DNA of 64,000 nt, from NCBI GenBank assembly GCA_043228905.1, contig JBHGNT010000005.1, positions 14,632,001 through 14,696,000 on the forward strand. The letters run 5' to 3'. Shown in pieces: positions 38,007 through 50,497 of the stretch. The stretch comes from Azolla caroliniana. Lineage: Eukaryota; Plantae; Polypodiophyta. Position 1 is the stretch's first letter. Each line of letters opens with the position of its first letter. Both the position numbers and the translations under genes were made by a program. Under the pieces are notes generated by a model. It did not search any database. It was given only the letters and a program-made list of their open reading frames with translations, and was not told where the DNA came from.

Positions 38007-38436
38007 GAGCGGACAAGCTCAACCGGATCCGGATCGGTTGAATAAACTAGAGTCAGATTGGTATCCAGAACGGAGAACCGGCTCGGTATCTGGATCGGAG
38101 AGATGGATCGGATCGTAACCGGTAGATTGTTAAAGGTCTACGAATCTAGCCTAGTACATAGGCAGATTCCTTGGAGTCAGTGTTAGTCTCTTGTATGAGC
38201 ATTGAAGTACTTGTCAGTACTTCTGTTAGTCCTTTATGGGCTTGTATAAAGTGCTCACTGAGCACATTCTATGTACAAAGTGCTATTATTTTGAATTTAG
38301 TTTATGCTTTCTGTTCTCTCTTTCTCTCTTGTGTATTCTCTATTTTTAACCTTCCATTAAACCTTCATTCTCTGTTTTATTGTTGTAATCCAGCTGAGCC
38401 AGTTTGCCTACAAGATTTCGCACGTTATTCTTTACA
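38007..38436 (+). repeat. 3' LTR of Copia C (first ~4 nt missing)
   Basis: 3' half aligns with 1820..1984 and ends TTATTCTTTACA. Confidence 0.75.
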
Positions 38437-38747
38437 ACTAACTCCGACAACTGCATCTGAATGGTGGCTCAGATAATTCTGTCTAGGTTTGTCTATTCAT
38501 TCGGCTTGTATCCTTCTGGATCGTTTTCTGTCTCGATTGGGTCAATTTTACCCTTGACTCTCAGATAGTCTTGCATCTGCTCCTTCGAGAAATTGATGGT
38601 TAACCCGTCGAACTTCCTTAGACTCATCTCTGATAAGCCAGATGTTGATGCCATCTGTGTCGGCTTACTAGGCACTATCCGGAGTCGACTACGAATAGTG
38701 GTGGGATGCAGTCGACTAGCTCACTCGATATTGTCTTAGTCGTATTT
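38437..38747 (-). pseudogene. gag N-terminus and leader of an old Copia (probably D); 38579..38747 is duplicated at 49398..49566
   Basis: LRKFDGLTINFSKEQMQDYLRVKGKIDPIE is a Copia gag N-terminal pattern; same strand as D. Confidence 0.7.
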
Positions 38748-39012
38748 TGTTAGGTTTTGACGCTTTCCAAACCTTCACCTCTCGGCCACAACCGAGGAAA
38801 CACGGATCAATGCAGCAGTAAATCGAAAACACAGAGAGAGACTCGAATGCACAGGGTTTAGCGTGGAAAACCCTAGACGGGAAAAACCACGGGAGTGCAA
38901 GACTCCAACTATCACTATACGCAGGGAATGTACAATGGCGAGCTGCAAGGCGATGACCTTGAGCTCGCTGTCCTCGCCACAGGCGGCGGTATTACACAGA
39001 GGCGTCGACCTC

Positions 39013-39050
<38 letters not shown>

Positions 39051-39372
39051 CTGCTCTCACTTCGCTCCCTCTAAGTGGAAAACAGAAAAATGAGCAACAA
39101 CAACCCAAAACTGTTTGCCCTAAGTCATATTTATACACATATGACTTTAGGGCTATTTACAACTATAGCCTCAAGGGCCCTTGGCAAACATATTCACAAA
39201 TATGTCCCCGCATCCGGATCTCTCTCCGGGTACATTCGTCATCCGGCTCCGTAGCCGGGGTCTTCATCATCCGGCTCTGATACCGGGTACTCCTCATTCG
39301 GGTCTTCAATCCCGATTCCCGGACATCCGACCATCCCATCCGGAGGGACCGTAATCCCAACAAACTCCCCCT

Positions 39373-40715
39373 TCACTTCGGCATGGGATGTCTTTCCAGT
39401 CCGACCCTCTTCCGGCACGCTTCCAGCTTGTCGGGTGTGAGCACTTTGGTCAGCATGTCTGACCCGTTCTCGTCCGTGTGGATCTTCGTCAGCACGAACT
39501 CCTGGTCTTCTATCCTTTCCCGGATCCAGTGATATCTTCGTTGGATGTGCTTCGTCCGGGAGTGATAGGCCGCGTTCTTCGCAAGGTGGATGGCACTCTG
39601 ACTGTCGCAGTAGAGTCGGTACTCCTCCTGCCGGATACCGAGCTCTCTAATGAAGTCCTTCATCCATATTATTTCCTTGTCGGCTTCAACAGCCGCCATG
39701 TACTCCGCCTCCGTGGTTGACAACGCAACCGTCTTCTGCAGCCTCGACTGCCACGAAACAGCTCCCCCTGCATACGTCATCACATACCCTGATGTGGACC
39801 GGCTGGTATCTGCATCAGCCGACATATCCGAATCGGTAAAGCCGTCGAGTTCGGGCTTACCGGAGCCGAATCGGAGGCACACGTTTGCCGTGCCCTTCAG
39901 GTATCGGAGTATCCACTTGGCCGCGTTCCAGTGCTCTTTGCCGGGATTGCTCATGTACCGGCTCACCACTCCGACTGCATATCCTATGTCCGGTCTTGTA
40001 CACACCATTGCGTACATCAAGCTTCCGACAGCAGAGGCATATGGTACTTTCATCATGTCCTCCTTCTCAGCCTTTGTCTTGGGGCTTTGCTTGCTGGACA
40101 ACTTGCAGTTTACCGGGAGGGTTGACCCGACCGGTCTTGCTTCCGACATGTTGAACCGGTGAAGCACCTTTGTCACGTACTTCTCCTGTGACAGCCACAA
40201 CTGCTTCTTCTTCCGGTCCCGGATGATGTGCATCCCTAGTATTTGCCTCGCCGGACCCAGGTCCTTCATTGAGAAGGTTCGGTGAAGCGCTTTCTTCAGC
40301 ATCCGTATCTTGACCTGGTCCCGTCCGACGATCAACATGTCGTCCATGTACAGGAGGAGTATTAGAAAGTCTCCTCCTTCGAACTTCTTCACAAACACGC
40401 AGTGATCGGACTGCGTTTTGTGGTACCCTTCGTCGGTCATGAAAGAGTCGAACTTCCGGTACCATTGCCGGGGAGCCTGCTTCAGTCCGTAAAGGCTCTT
40501 CTTCAACCGGCATACCAGGTGCTCCTTCCCTTTCTTCTCGAATCCTTCCGGTTGCTGCATGTAGATCTCTTCTTCGAGGTCACCGTGAAGGAATGCCGTC
40601 TTCACATCCATCTGTTCTACCTCGAGGTCCATGCTTGCCGCTATGCTCAGAACCGTCCGGATGGAGGTCATCTTCACTACCGGGGCAAATATCTCGTCGA
40701 AGTCGACGCCCTTCT
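39373..40715 (-). CDS. E1 RT-RNase H (3' part of the polyprotein split by E2)
   Basis: KGVDFDEIFAPVVK...LLYMDD...YCDSQSAIHL...ERHPMPK*; open throughout. Confidence 0.9.
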
Positions 40716-43700
40716 TGTTGGGAAATCGACCCTTCGATTCACCTTCACCACTCGGCCACAACCGAGTAAGCGCAAATCAATGGAGCAGAAAATAGGAACC
40801 ACAAAGAGAAACAAAACGCGAACACACTGGGATTAACGTGGAAAACCCTAGACGGGAAAAACCACGGGAGTACAAGACTCCAAACCAACACTATACAGAG
40901 AAGTATACAATGGCGAGCTGCAAGGCGACGACCTTGAGCTCGTTGTCCTCGCCACAGGAGGCGGAAATACAAAGAGGCGTCGTCCTCTTCCTCTCTCGCG
41001 CTCTATCTCTCTCTCTCTCTCTCTCTCACGGCTGCTCCCTCTTCACTCCTCTTGAGTGGAAAAACAGAAAAATGATAAGCAACTTCAAAACAGTTTGCCC
41101 TAAGTCATATTTATACATATATGACTTTGGGGCTATTTACAACTATAGCCTCAGGGGCCCATAGCAGACATATTCACGGATATGTCCCTGCATTCGGATC
41201 GCTCTCCGGGTACATTCGTCATCCGGCTCCGAAGTCGGGGTCTTCATCATCCGGTTCCGAAACCGAAACCGGGCTTGTCGGCATTCATCTCCGACATCTG
41301 ACCATCCCATCCGAAGGGACCGTAATCCCGAAAAACTCCCCCTTCACTTCGGCATGGGATGTCTTTCCAATCCGATCCTCTTCCGGCATGCTTCCAGCTT
41401 GTCGGATGTGGATCTTTGTCAGCACGAACTCCTTGTCTTTTATCCTTTCCCGGATCCAGTGATATCTTCGCTGGATGTGCTTCGTCCGGGAGTGATAGGC
41501 CGCGTTCTTCGCAAGGTGGATTGCACTCTGACTGTCGCAGTAGAGTCGGTACTCCTCCTGCCGGATACCAAGCTCTCTAATGAAGTCCTTCATCCATATT
41601 ATTTCCTTGCCGGCTTCAACAGCTGCCATGTACTCCGCCTCCGTGGTTGACAACGCAACCGTCTTCTGCAGCCTCGACTGCCACGAAACAGCCCCCCCTG
41701 CATACGTCATCACATACCCTGATGTGGACCGGCTGGTATCTGCATCAGCCGACATATCCGAATCGGTGAAGCCGTCGAGTTCGGGCTTACCGGAGCCGAA
41801 TCGGAGGCACACGTTTGCCGTGCCCTTCAGGTATCGGAGTATCCACTTGGCCGCGTTCCAATGCTCTTTGCCGGGATTGCTCATGTACCGGCTCACCACT
41901 CCGACTGCATATCCTATGTCCGGTCTCGTACACACCATGGCGTACATCAAGCTCCCGACGGCTGAGGCATACGGCACTTTCATCATATCCTCCTTTTCAG
42001 CCTTTGTCTTGGGACTTTGCTTGCTGGACAGCTTGCAGTTTGCCGGGAGGGTTGATCCGACCGGTCTTGCTTCCGACATGTTGAACCGGTGAAGCACCTT
42101 CGTCACGTACTTCTCCTGTGACAGCCACAACTGCTTCTTCTTCCGGTCCCGGATGATGTGCATCCCTAGTATTTGCCTCGCCGGACCCAGGTCCTTCATT
42201 GAGAAGGTTCGGTGAAGAGCCTTCTTCAGCATCCGTATCTTGACCTGGTCCCGTCCGACGATCAACATGTCGTCCACGTACAGGAGGAGTATTAGAAAGT
42301 CTCCTCCTTCGAACTTCTTCACAAACACGCAGTGGTCGGACTGCATTTTGAGGTACCCTTCGTCGGTCATGAAGGAGTCGAACTTCCGGTACCATTGCCG
42401 GGGAGCCTGCTTCAGTCCGTAAAGGCTCTTCTTCAACCGGCATACCAGGTGCTCCTTCCCTTTCCTCTCGAATCCTTCCGGTTGCTGCATGTAGATCTCT
42501 TCATCGAGGTCACCGTGAAGGAATGCCGTCTTCACGTCCATCTGTTCTACCTCGAGGTCCATGCTTGCCGCTATGCTCAGCACCGTCCGGATGGAGGTCA
42601 TCTTCACTACCGGGGCAAATACCTCGTCGAAGTCGACGCCCTTCTCCTGCTGAAACCCCTTCACCAAGATCCTGGCTTTGTATCTCGGAGGGTTTCCGGC
42701 ATCTCCCAGTTTCAGCTTGAACACCCACTTGTTTCGAAGTGCCCGCTTTCCTTTCGGCAACTCCACAAGTTCATATGTGTGGTTCTCATGCAGGGAATCC
42801 ATCTCGTCCTGCATGGCACTCAACCACCTGCGGCCCTGGGTGTCATGTTTTGCTTCTTCAAAGCTCTCCGGCTCCCCCTCGTCGGTTAGCAGCACGTGCT
42901 CTGGTTCCGGAAATCTCCGGGGGGCCCTTCTCTATCTTAGAGGATATCTCCGTTCCGGAGCTTCGGTAATCGGTTCTTCCGATTCTTCTTCATCCGAATC
43001 CATTTCGGGATCGGGGCCGGTTCCGGTATCATTTTCATCTTCTTCGGCCGGTTCTGTTTCTTCACCGTCTTCGGCCGGATCCTCGAGTGCTAACCGGTCC
43101 CTTGCCGGTCGGGACTGCTCCTCGTAGAGTTGATCCTCACCGGTCGACTTGGAGCTCTTCATCTTCTTCTCCGACTCCCAGTCGGCGAGTGTCTTGTCCT
43201 CCATGAAGATGATGTCTAGACTCCTGAATATCTTCTTGTCGACCGGGTCCCATACTCGGTAGCCGAACTCGTCGTCGCCGTAACCGAGGAATATGCATGG
43301 CCGGGTCTTTGGATCTAGCTTTCCTCTCCGGTCTTTTGCCACATGCACGTATGCGAGACACCCGAACACCTTCAGATGCCGGTAGGACACTTCCTTACCG
43401 GTCCACACTTTCTGCGGCGTGTCTCCGTCCAAAGGTACTGAGGGTGATCTGTTTATCACGTATGTCGCCGTCGACATTGCCTCAGCCCAAAACCCCTTGG
43501 GTAATTTCGCGTGTGCCAGCATACTCCGGACCCTCTCCATTATGGTCCGGTTCATCCTCTCGGCCAGCCCGTTCAGTTCCGGCGTCTTCGGCACAGTAAA
43601 CTCGAGTCGGATTCCCTTCGAGCGACAGTACTCCTGGAACTGCCCCCGGTATTCCCCTCCGTTATCCTCTCGTATCGCTTTCAGCTTCTTGCCGGATTCC

Positions 43701-46024
43701 CTTTCCACTCTCGCGTGGAGTTCCTTGAAGACGCACAACACTTGGTCCTTTGTCTTCAATGGTGCCGTCCACAGCTTCCGGCTGTGATCATCAATGAATG
43801 TTACGAAGTACTGGGCTCCGCCATGTGACTTCGTTTCTACCTGACACACATCAGTGTGCACCAACTCCAATGGTGCGCTACGTCTCGTCGGTGGCCTTGA
43901 GTGGAAAGAGGTTCGGTTCTGCTTACCGGCCAGGCAATCGGTGCACTTCTCCAGGTGCACATGCTTCACTGGAATAAGGTTGTCTTCTGCAAGCCTCTTC
44001 ATCCCCTTCTCACTCATGTGGCACAGTCTTTTGTGCCACAGCTCACCGGCAGTGTCGGCTGCCACATTCAGCTCTTCCGGACATAACCGGCCATTCATCA
44101 GGTACAGTGTGTTGTCTTTCCGGGCCCGAGCCACTATCAGGCTCCCCTTGCTGAACTTCATCACGCCGTTCCGGATGCTACCTGTGTAGCCTTCATTGTC
44201 TAGCCTCCCGGCCGAAATCAGGTTCAATCGAACCTCCGGAACGTGTCGGACATCCTTCAACAGCATTTTGCATCCGGTCGGGGTTGTCAACCACACGTCT
44301 CCTATGCCGGCAATCCGGCACGTACCTTCATTCCCCATCCGAACACAGCCATGCTCACCGGCTGTGTAGGATGAGAAGTATCTTCTCTCCGGGGTCAGGT
44401 GGAACGATGCTCCGGAATCGACCACCCAGGTCGTCTCATCGCCGGCAATGTTTAGTTCACCTTCTTCGGTGATGAGCATGATTTCTTCCTCACTTGCCGC
44501 GAGTGCCGTTGTTCCTTTCCGGTCCTGCCCTCGCCGATCCGAACCTCTCCGATCCGTGGCTCCCCGGTATGCACCATTTCTCTCCGGTGACTTCTTCGAA
44601 TCGGTGTCGTCGGCTCCGTTGTCTTTTCGGTAATGCCGACAATTCTTTCGGAAGTGCCCCGGCTTCCCACAGTGGAAGCATGTGGGCCTTCCTCTTGACT
44701 GCGACCGGGTCCCCGACTTCTCCCGTCTTTGCGGACTCCGGTTCCATTGTCTTCCCCGATCCGATTCGGTAAGCAGCGCCTTCGAGTCGGAGGCCGGTTC
44801 TTTATCTCTCCGACGCGCTTCTTCGTTCAAAATACTTGTCTTTACCGTTTGTAAGGACAAGTTATCTTCGGTGCAGGAGGTGCTGAGAGTCACCACCAAG
44901 TTCTCCCAGCTTTCCGGCAATGTACACATCAGGATGATGGCTTGCATTGCATCCTCCAACGGGAACTTGATCGCCGCAAGCTGATTCACGAATCCCATGA
45001 ACGTGCTTACGTGTTCCACCATACTCTCGCCGTCCCGATACTTGAGATTCACTATCTTCCTCATCAGGGAGGTCCGGTTCAACGCATTCTTCCTCTCGTA
45101 GAGGCCCGACAGCTTCTTCCACATCTCATATGCGTTGGTGTCGTTCGCCACATGTTGTAGGACGCTTACATCGACATATTGTCGGATCGTCGCTACGGCT
45201 TTCCAGTTCAGGAGTTTCCACTCCGACTCAAGTACCCCCTTCGGTATTTCCGACCTGTCAATCGGTTCGTACAGGTCCCGAACAATCAGAAGATCCTCCA
45301 TCTTGATCTTCCAGTCGGCGTAATTCTGCGCATTCAGCACCATCATCCCCGGCTGCCCGCTGCCGCCGCCTTCCATTTTCTGCAGCAGTTTGCTCTAATA
45401 CCAGATTGTTGGGAAATCGACCCTTCGATTCACCTTCACCACTCGGCCACAACCGAGTAAGCGCAAATCAATGGAGCAGAAAATAGGAACCACAAAGAGA
45501 AACAAAACGCGAACACACAGGGATTAACGTGGAAAACCCTAGACGAGAAAAACCACGGGAGTACAAGACTCCAAACCAACACTATACAGAGAAGTATACA
45601 ATGGCGAGCTGCAAGGCGACGACCTTGAGCTCGCTGTCCTCGCCACAGGAGGCGGAAATACAAAGAGGCGTCGTCCTCTTCCTCTCTCGCGCTCTATCTC
45701 TCTCTCTCTCTCTCTCTCACGGCTGCTCCCTCTTCACTCCTCTTGAGTGGAAAAACAGAAAAATGATAAGCAACTTCAAAACAGTTTGCCCTAAGTCATA
45801 TTTATACATATATGACTTTGGGGCTATTTACAACTATAGCCTCAGGGGCCCATAGCAGACATATTCACGGATATGTCCCTGCATTCGGATCGCTCTCCGG
45901 GTACATTCGTCATCCGGCTCCGAAGTCGGGGTCTTCATCATCCGGTTCCGAAACCGAAACCGGGCTTGTCGGCATTCATCTCCGACATCCGACCATCCCA
46001 TCCGAAGGGACCGTAATCCCGACA
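40716..46024 (-). mobile_element. Copia element E2 (sister of E1), TSD CTTCT, inserted in E1 RT in the same orientation
   Basis: 618-bp LTRs 40716..41333 and 45407..46024; PBS 45392-45403; PPT; CTTCT at 40711-40715 and 46025-46029. Confidence 0.96.
41344..45376 (-). pseudogene. E2 gag-pol (stop at 42932; ~41-bp deletion near the RNase H end)
   Basis: ORFs 42932..45376 and 41285..42895; deletion seen by comparison with E1 39440-39480. Confidence 0.9.
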
Positions 46025-46029
46025 CTTCT

Positions 46030-48760
46030 TCTGCTGGAACCCCTTCACCACAATCCTGCCTTTGTATCTCGGGGGGTTTCTGGCATCTCCCGGTTTCAGC
46101 TTGAACACCCACTTGTTTCGAAGTGCCCGCTTTCCTTTCGGCAACTCCACAAGTTCATATGTGTGGTTCTCATGCAGGGAATCCATCTCCTCCTGCATGG
46201 CACTTAACCACCTGCGGCTATGGGTGTCAAGCTTTGCTTCTTCAAAACTCTCCGGCTCCCCCTCATCGGTTAGCAGCACGTGCTCTGGTTCCGGAAATCT
46301 CCAGGGGGCCCTTCTCTCTCTTAGAGGATATCTCCGTTTCGGAGCTTCGGTAACCGGCTCCTCCGTTTCCTCTTCATCCGAATCCATTTCGGGATCGGGG
46401 CCGGTTCCGGTATCATTTTCATCTTCCTCGGCCGGTTCTGTTTCTTCACCGTCTTCGGCCGGATCCTCGAGTGCTAACCGGTCCCTTGCCGGTCGGGACT
46501 GCTCCTCGTAGAGTTGATCCTCACCGGTCGACTTGCAGCTCTTCATCTTCTTCTCCGACTCCCAGTCGGCGAGTGTCTTGTCCTCCATGAAGATGATATC
46601 ACGACTCCGGAATATCTTTTTGTCGACCGGGTTCCATACTCGGTAGCCGAACTCATCATCGCCGTAACCGAGGAATATGCATGGCCGGGTCTTTGGATCT
46701 AGCTTTCCTCTCCGGTCCTTTGCCACATGCACATATGCGAGACACCCGAACACCTTCAGATGCCGGTAGGATACTTCCCTACCGGTCCACACTCTCTGCG
46801 GCGTGTCTCCTTCCAAAGGTACTGAGGGTGATCTGTTTATCACGTATGTCGCCGTCGACATTGCCTCAGCCCAAAACCCCTTGGGTAATTTCGCATGCGC
46901 CAGCATACTCCGGACCCTCTCCATTATGGTCCGGTTCATCCTCTCGGCCAGCCCGTTCAGTTCAGGCGTCTTCGGCACAGTAAACTCGAGCCGGATTCCC
47001 TTCGAGCGACAGTACTCCTCGAACTGCCCCCGGTATTCCCCTCCGTTATCCGCTCGTATCGCTTTCAGCTTCTTGCCGGATTCCCTTTCCACTCTCGCGT
47101 GGAGTTCTTTGAAGACGCACAACACTTGGTCCTTTGTCTTCAACGGTGCCGTCCACAGCTTCCGGCTGTGGTCATCAATGAATGTCACGAAGTACTGGGC
47201 TCCGCCATGTGACTTCGTTTCTACTTGACACACGTCAGTGTGCACCAACTCCAATGGTGAGCTACGTCTCGTCGGTGGCCTTGAGTGGAAGGAGGTTCGG
47301 TTCTGTTTACCGGCCAGGCAATCGGTGCACTTCTCCAGGTGCACATGCTTCACTGGAATAAGGTTGTCTTCTGCAAGCCTCTTCATCCCCTTCTCAATCA
47401 TGTGGCACAGTCTCTTGTGCCACAGCTCACCGGCAGTGTCGGCTGCCACGTTCAACTCCTCCGGACACAGCCGGGCATTCATAAGGTACAGAGTGTTGAC
47501 TTTCCGGGCCCGAGCCACTATCAGGCTCCCCTTGCTGAACTTCATTACGCCGTTCCGGATGCTACCTGTGTAGCCTTCATCGTCTAGCCTCCCGGCCGAA
47601 ATGAGGTTCAATCGAACCTCCGGAACGTGTCGGACATCCTTCAACAACATTTTGCATCCGGTCGAGGTTGTCAACCACACATCTCCTATGCCGGCAATCC
47701 GGCATGTACCTTCATTTCCCATCCGAACACAGCCATGCTCACCGACTGTGTAGGATGAGAAGTATCTTCTTTCCGGGGTCAGGTGGAACGACGCTCCGGA
47801 ATCGACCACCCAGGTAGTCTCATCATCGGCAATGTTTAGTTCACCTTCTTCGGTGATGAGCATGATCTCCTCTTCACTTGCCGCGAGTGCCGTCGTTCCT
47901 TTCCGGTCCTGCCCTCGCCGATCCGAACCATTCTGGTCCGTGGCTCCCCGGTAAGCACCGTTCCGTTCCGAAGACTTCTTCGAATCGGTGTCGTCGGCTC
48001 CGTTGTCTTTTCGGTAATGCCGACAATTCTTTCGGAAGTGCCCCGGCTTCCCACAGTGGAAGCATGTGGACCTTCCTCTTGACTGCGACCGGGTCCCCGA
48101 CTTCTCCCGTCTTTGCGGACTCCGGTTCCGTTGTCTTCCCCGATCCGATTCGGAAAGCAGCATCTTCGGATCGGAGGCCGGTTCTTTATCTCTCCGACGC
48201 GCTTCTTCGTTCAAAATACTTGTCTTTACCGTTTGTAGGGACAAGTTATCTTCGGTGCAGGAGGTGCTGAGAGTCACCACCAAGTTCTCCCAGCTTTCCG
48301 GCAATGTACACATCAGGATGATGGCTTGCATTGCATCCTCCAACGGGAACTTGATCGCCGCAAGCTGGTTCACGAATCCCATGAACGTGCTTACGTGTTC
48401 CACCATACTCTCGCCGTCCCGGTACTTGAGGTTCACTATCTTCCTCATCAGGGAGGTCCGGTTCAATGCATTCTTCCTCTCGTAGAGGCCCGACAGCTTC
48501 TGCCACATCTCATATGCGTTGGTGTCGTTCGCCACATGTTGTAGAACGCTCACGTCGACGTATTGCCGAATGGTTGCAACGGCTTTCCGGTTCAGAAGCC
48601 TCCATTCCGTCTCAAGTACCCCCTTGGGTATTTCCGACCTGTCGATCGGTTCATACAGGTCCCGAACAATGAGCAGATCCTCCATCTTTATCTTCCAGTC
48701 GGCGTAGTTCTGCGCATTCAGCACTATCATCCCCGGCTGCCCGCTGCTGCCGCCTTCCAT
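46030..48760 (-). CDS. E1 gag-PR-INT-start of RT (5' part of the polyprotein)
   Basis: Open frame with CFHCGKPGHFRKNC, WVVDSGASFH, HTDVC, RADNGGEY; joins in frame to 40715 (FQQK-KGVD) when E2 is removed. Confidence 0.92.
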
Positions 48761-49397
48761 TTTCTGCACTGCAGTCGCTCTGATACCAGATTGTTAGGTT
48801 TTGACGCTTTCCAAACCTTCACCTCTCGGCCACAACCGAGGAAACACGGATCAATGCAGCAGTAAATCGAAAACACAGAGAGAGACTCGAATGCACAGGG
48901 TTTAGCGTGGAAAGCCCTAGACGGGAAAAACCACGGGAGTGCAAGACTCCAACTATCACTATACGCAGGGAATGTACAATGGCGAGCTGCAAGGCGACGA
49001 CCTTGAGCTCGCTGTCCTCGCCACAGGCGGCGGTATTACACAGAGGCGTCGACCTCTTCCTTTCTCTCTCTCTCTCTCTCTCTCTCGGCTGCTCTCACTT
49101 CGCTCCCTCTAAGTGGAAAACAGAAAAATGAGCAACAACAACCCAAAACTGTTTGCCCTAAGTCATATTTATACACATATGACTTTAGGGCTATTTACAA
49201 CTATAGCCTCAAGGGCCCTTGGCAAACATATTCACAAATATGTCCCCGCATCCGGATCTCTCTCCGGGTACATTCGTCATCCGGCTCCGTAGCCGGGGTC
49301 TTCATCATCCGGCTCCGATACCGGGTACTCCTCATTCGGGTCTTCAATCCCGATTCCCGGACATCCGACCATCCCATCCGGAGGGAACGTAATCCCA

Positions 49398-49566
49398 GCT
49401 CCTTCGAGAAATTGATGGTTAACCCATCGAACTTCCTTAGACTCATCTCTGATAAGCCAGATGTTGATGCCATCTGTGTCGGCTTACTAGGCACTATCCG
49501 GAGTCGACTACGAATAGTGGTGGGATGCAGTCGACTAGCTCACTCGATATTGTCTTAGTCGTATTT
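49398..49566 (+). repeat. Copy 2 of the 169-bp duplication flanking E1
   Basis: GCTCCTTCGAGAAATTG...GTCGTATTT, one mismatch seen versus 38579..38747. Confidence 0.92.
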
Positions 49567-50497
49567 GGACAAGAGTCAAATCTACTTCGACTATTGGCAG
49601 GTTCTATCTGAAGTGACTACAGTCGATCGACTTAGCCGAATTGGACACGAATGCGTCGATTGGTTAGTCAAATGGATTTCAGATGATAGTTAGGTACTAA
49701 ACTTGCTCAAATTGGCTACGGTGAGTGGAGGGACGGAGCCGACTTGTCTTCCCGAATATCATCTAGCCAGATTGAGCATAGTTAACTATCAATCCAATTC
49801 CGTTTGCTGATTTCAATGGCCGATCACAATTTTTGTGCCAATTTTCCAGGCTGATCTTTCTTCGACTGACTACATTAGATGGATGTAAAGAACTCGTTCC
49901 TGCAAGACGAAAAAAGTTTGGCATGATGGATTGGAAGTTAGTCTCAACTCCTCTTGAGAAGAATGTCAAGCTTTGCTACGAATTAGGGTCGGGTTACTGC
50001 GCGACACAGTTCCAGTAGATTGTTGGAAGCCTTATCTATTTGACAATCACCTGGCCAGACCTCAGCTATCTGGTCGGCTTGGTTAGTCAATTTATGTCAC
50101 AGTCTACTTCTGATCATCTTTAGTGTGCACAGAGGATATTGTGATATGTCAGCGGCACGAAGAATCATGGGTTGTTGAAGTTGAAGAGCTAGTCGACTAC
50201 ATAGATGTTGATTGGGCCGAACGCGCAGGTGATCGCCAATGCATTCTCACTAACGAGTGCTACAAAAAGCAGTTGACAATGGCATTGTCGAGCATTGAGG
50301 CAGAATACAGAGGAGCGGTTGTCGCGACATGCAAAGCCATATGGCTGAAACGGCTAATGAAGGATCTATGGGTGGAGGTGTCTGATCCGACATTGATCTA
50401 CTACGACAACCTCAACAATATCCAACTTGCTAAAAACCCATCTTCTATACTTGGACAAAGCACATTGAGGTGCAATACCATTGTACGCGAGCATGTT

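Larger units (their letters stand above)
1820..38436 (+). mobile_element. Degenerate Copia element C (A-related family) inserted in D; RT-RNase H region missing
   Basis: 5' LTR remnant 1820..1984 ends TTTACA and is followed by PBS-Met TGGTATCAAAGC (1985-1996). gag/PR/INT remnants span 2000-4134 (WYIDSGASNHM, LWHKRIDH, HSDVWG). Matching 3' LTR at 38007..38436. Confidence 0.75.
38748..49397 (-). mobile_element. Young Copia element E1, interrupted by E2 and flanked by a 169-bp duplication
   Basis: 3' LTR 38748..39362 with PPT 39363-39372; 5' LTR 48792..49397 (terminal TGT missing); PBS-Met 48777-48788. Confidence 0.95.

Noticed and set aside
39478-48865. Numerous plus-strand ORFs opposite E1/E2
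   Set aside because: Antisense shadows of GC-rich gag-pol with no independent motifs.
8040-49566. Assembly artefact as the cause of the large duplications
   Set aside because: The copies carry mismatches and the breakpoints coincide with LTR termini; considered unlikely, but not excluded without reads.
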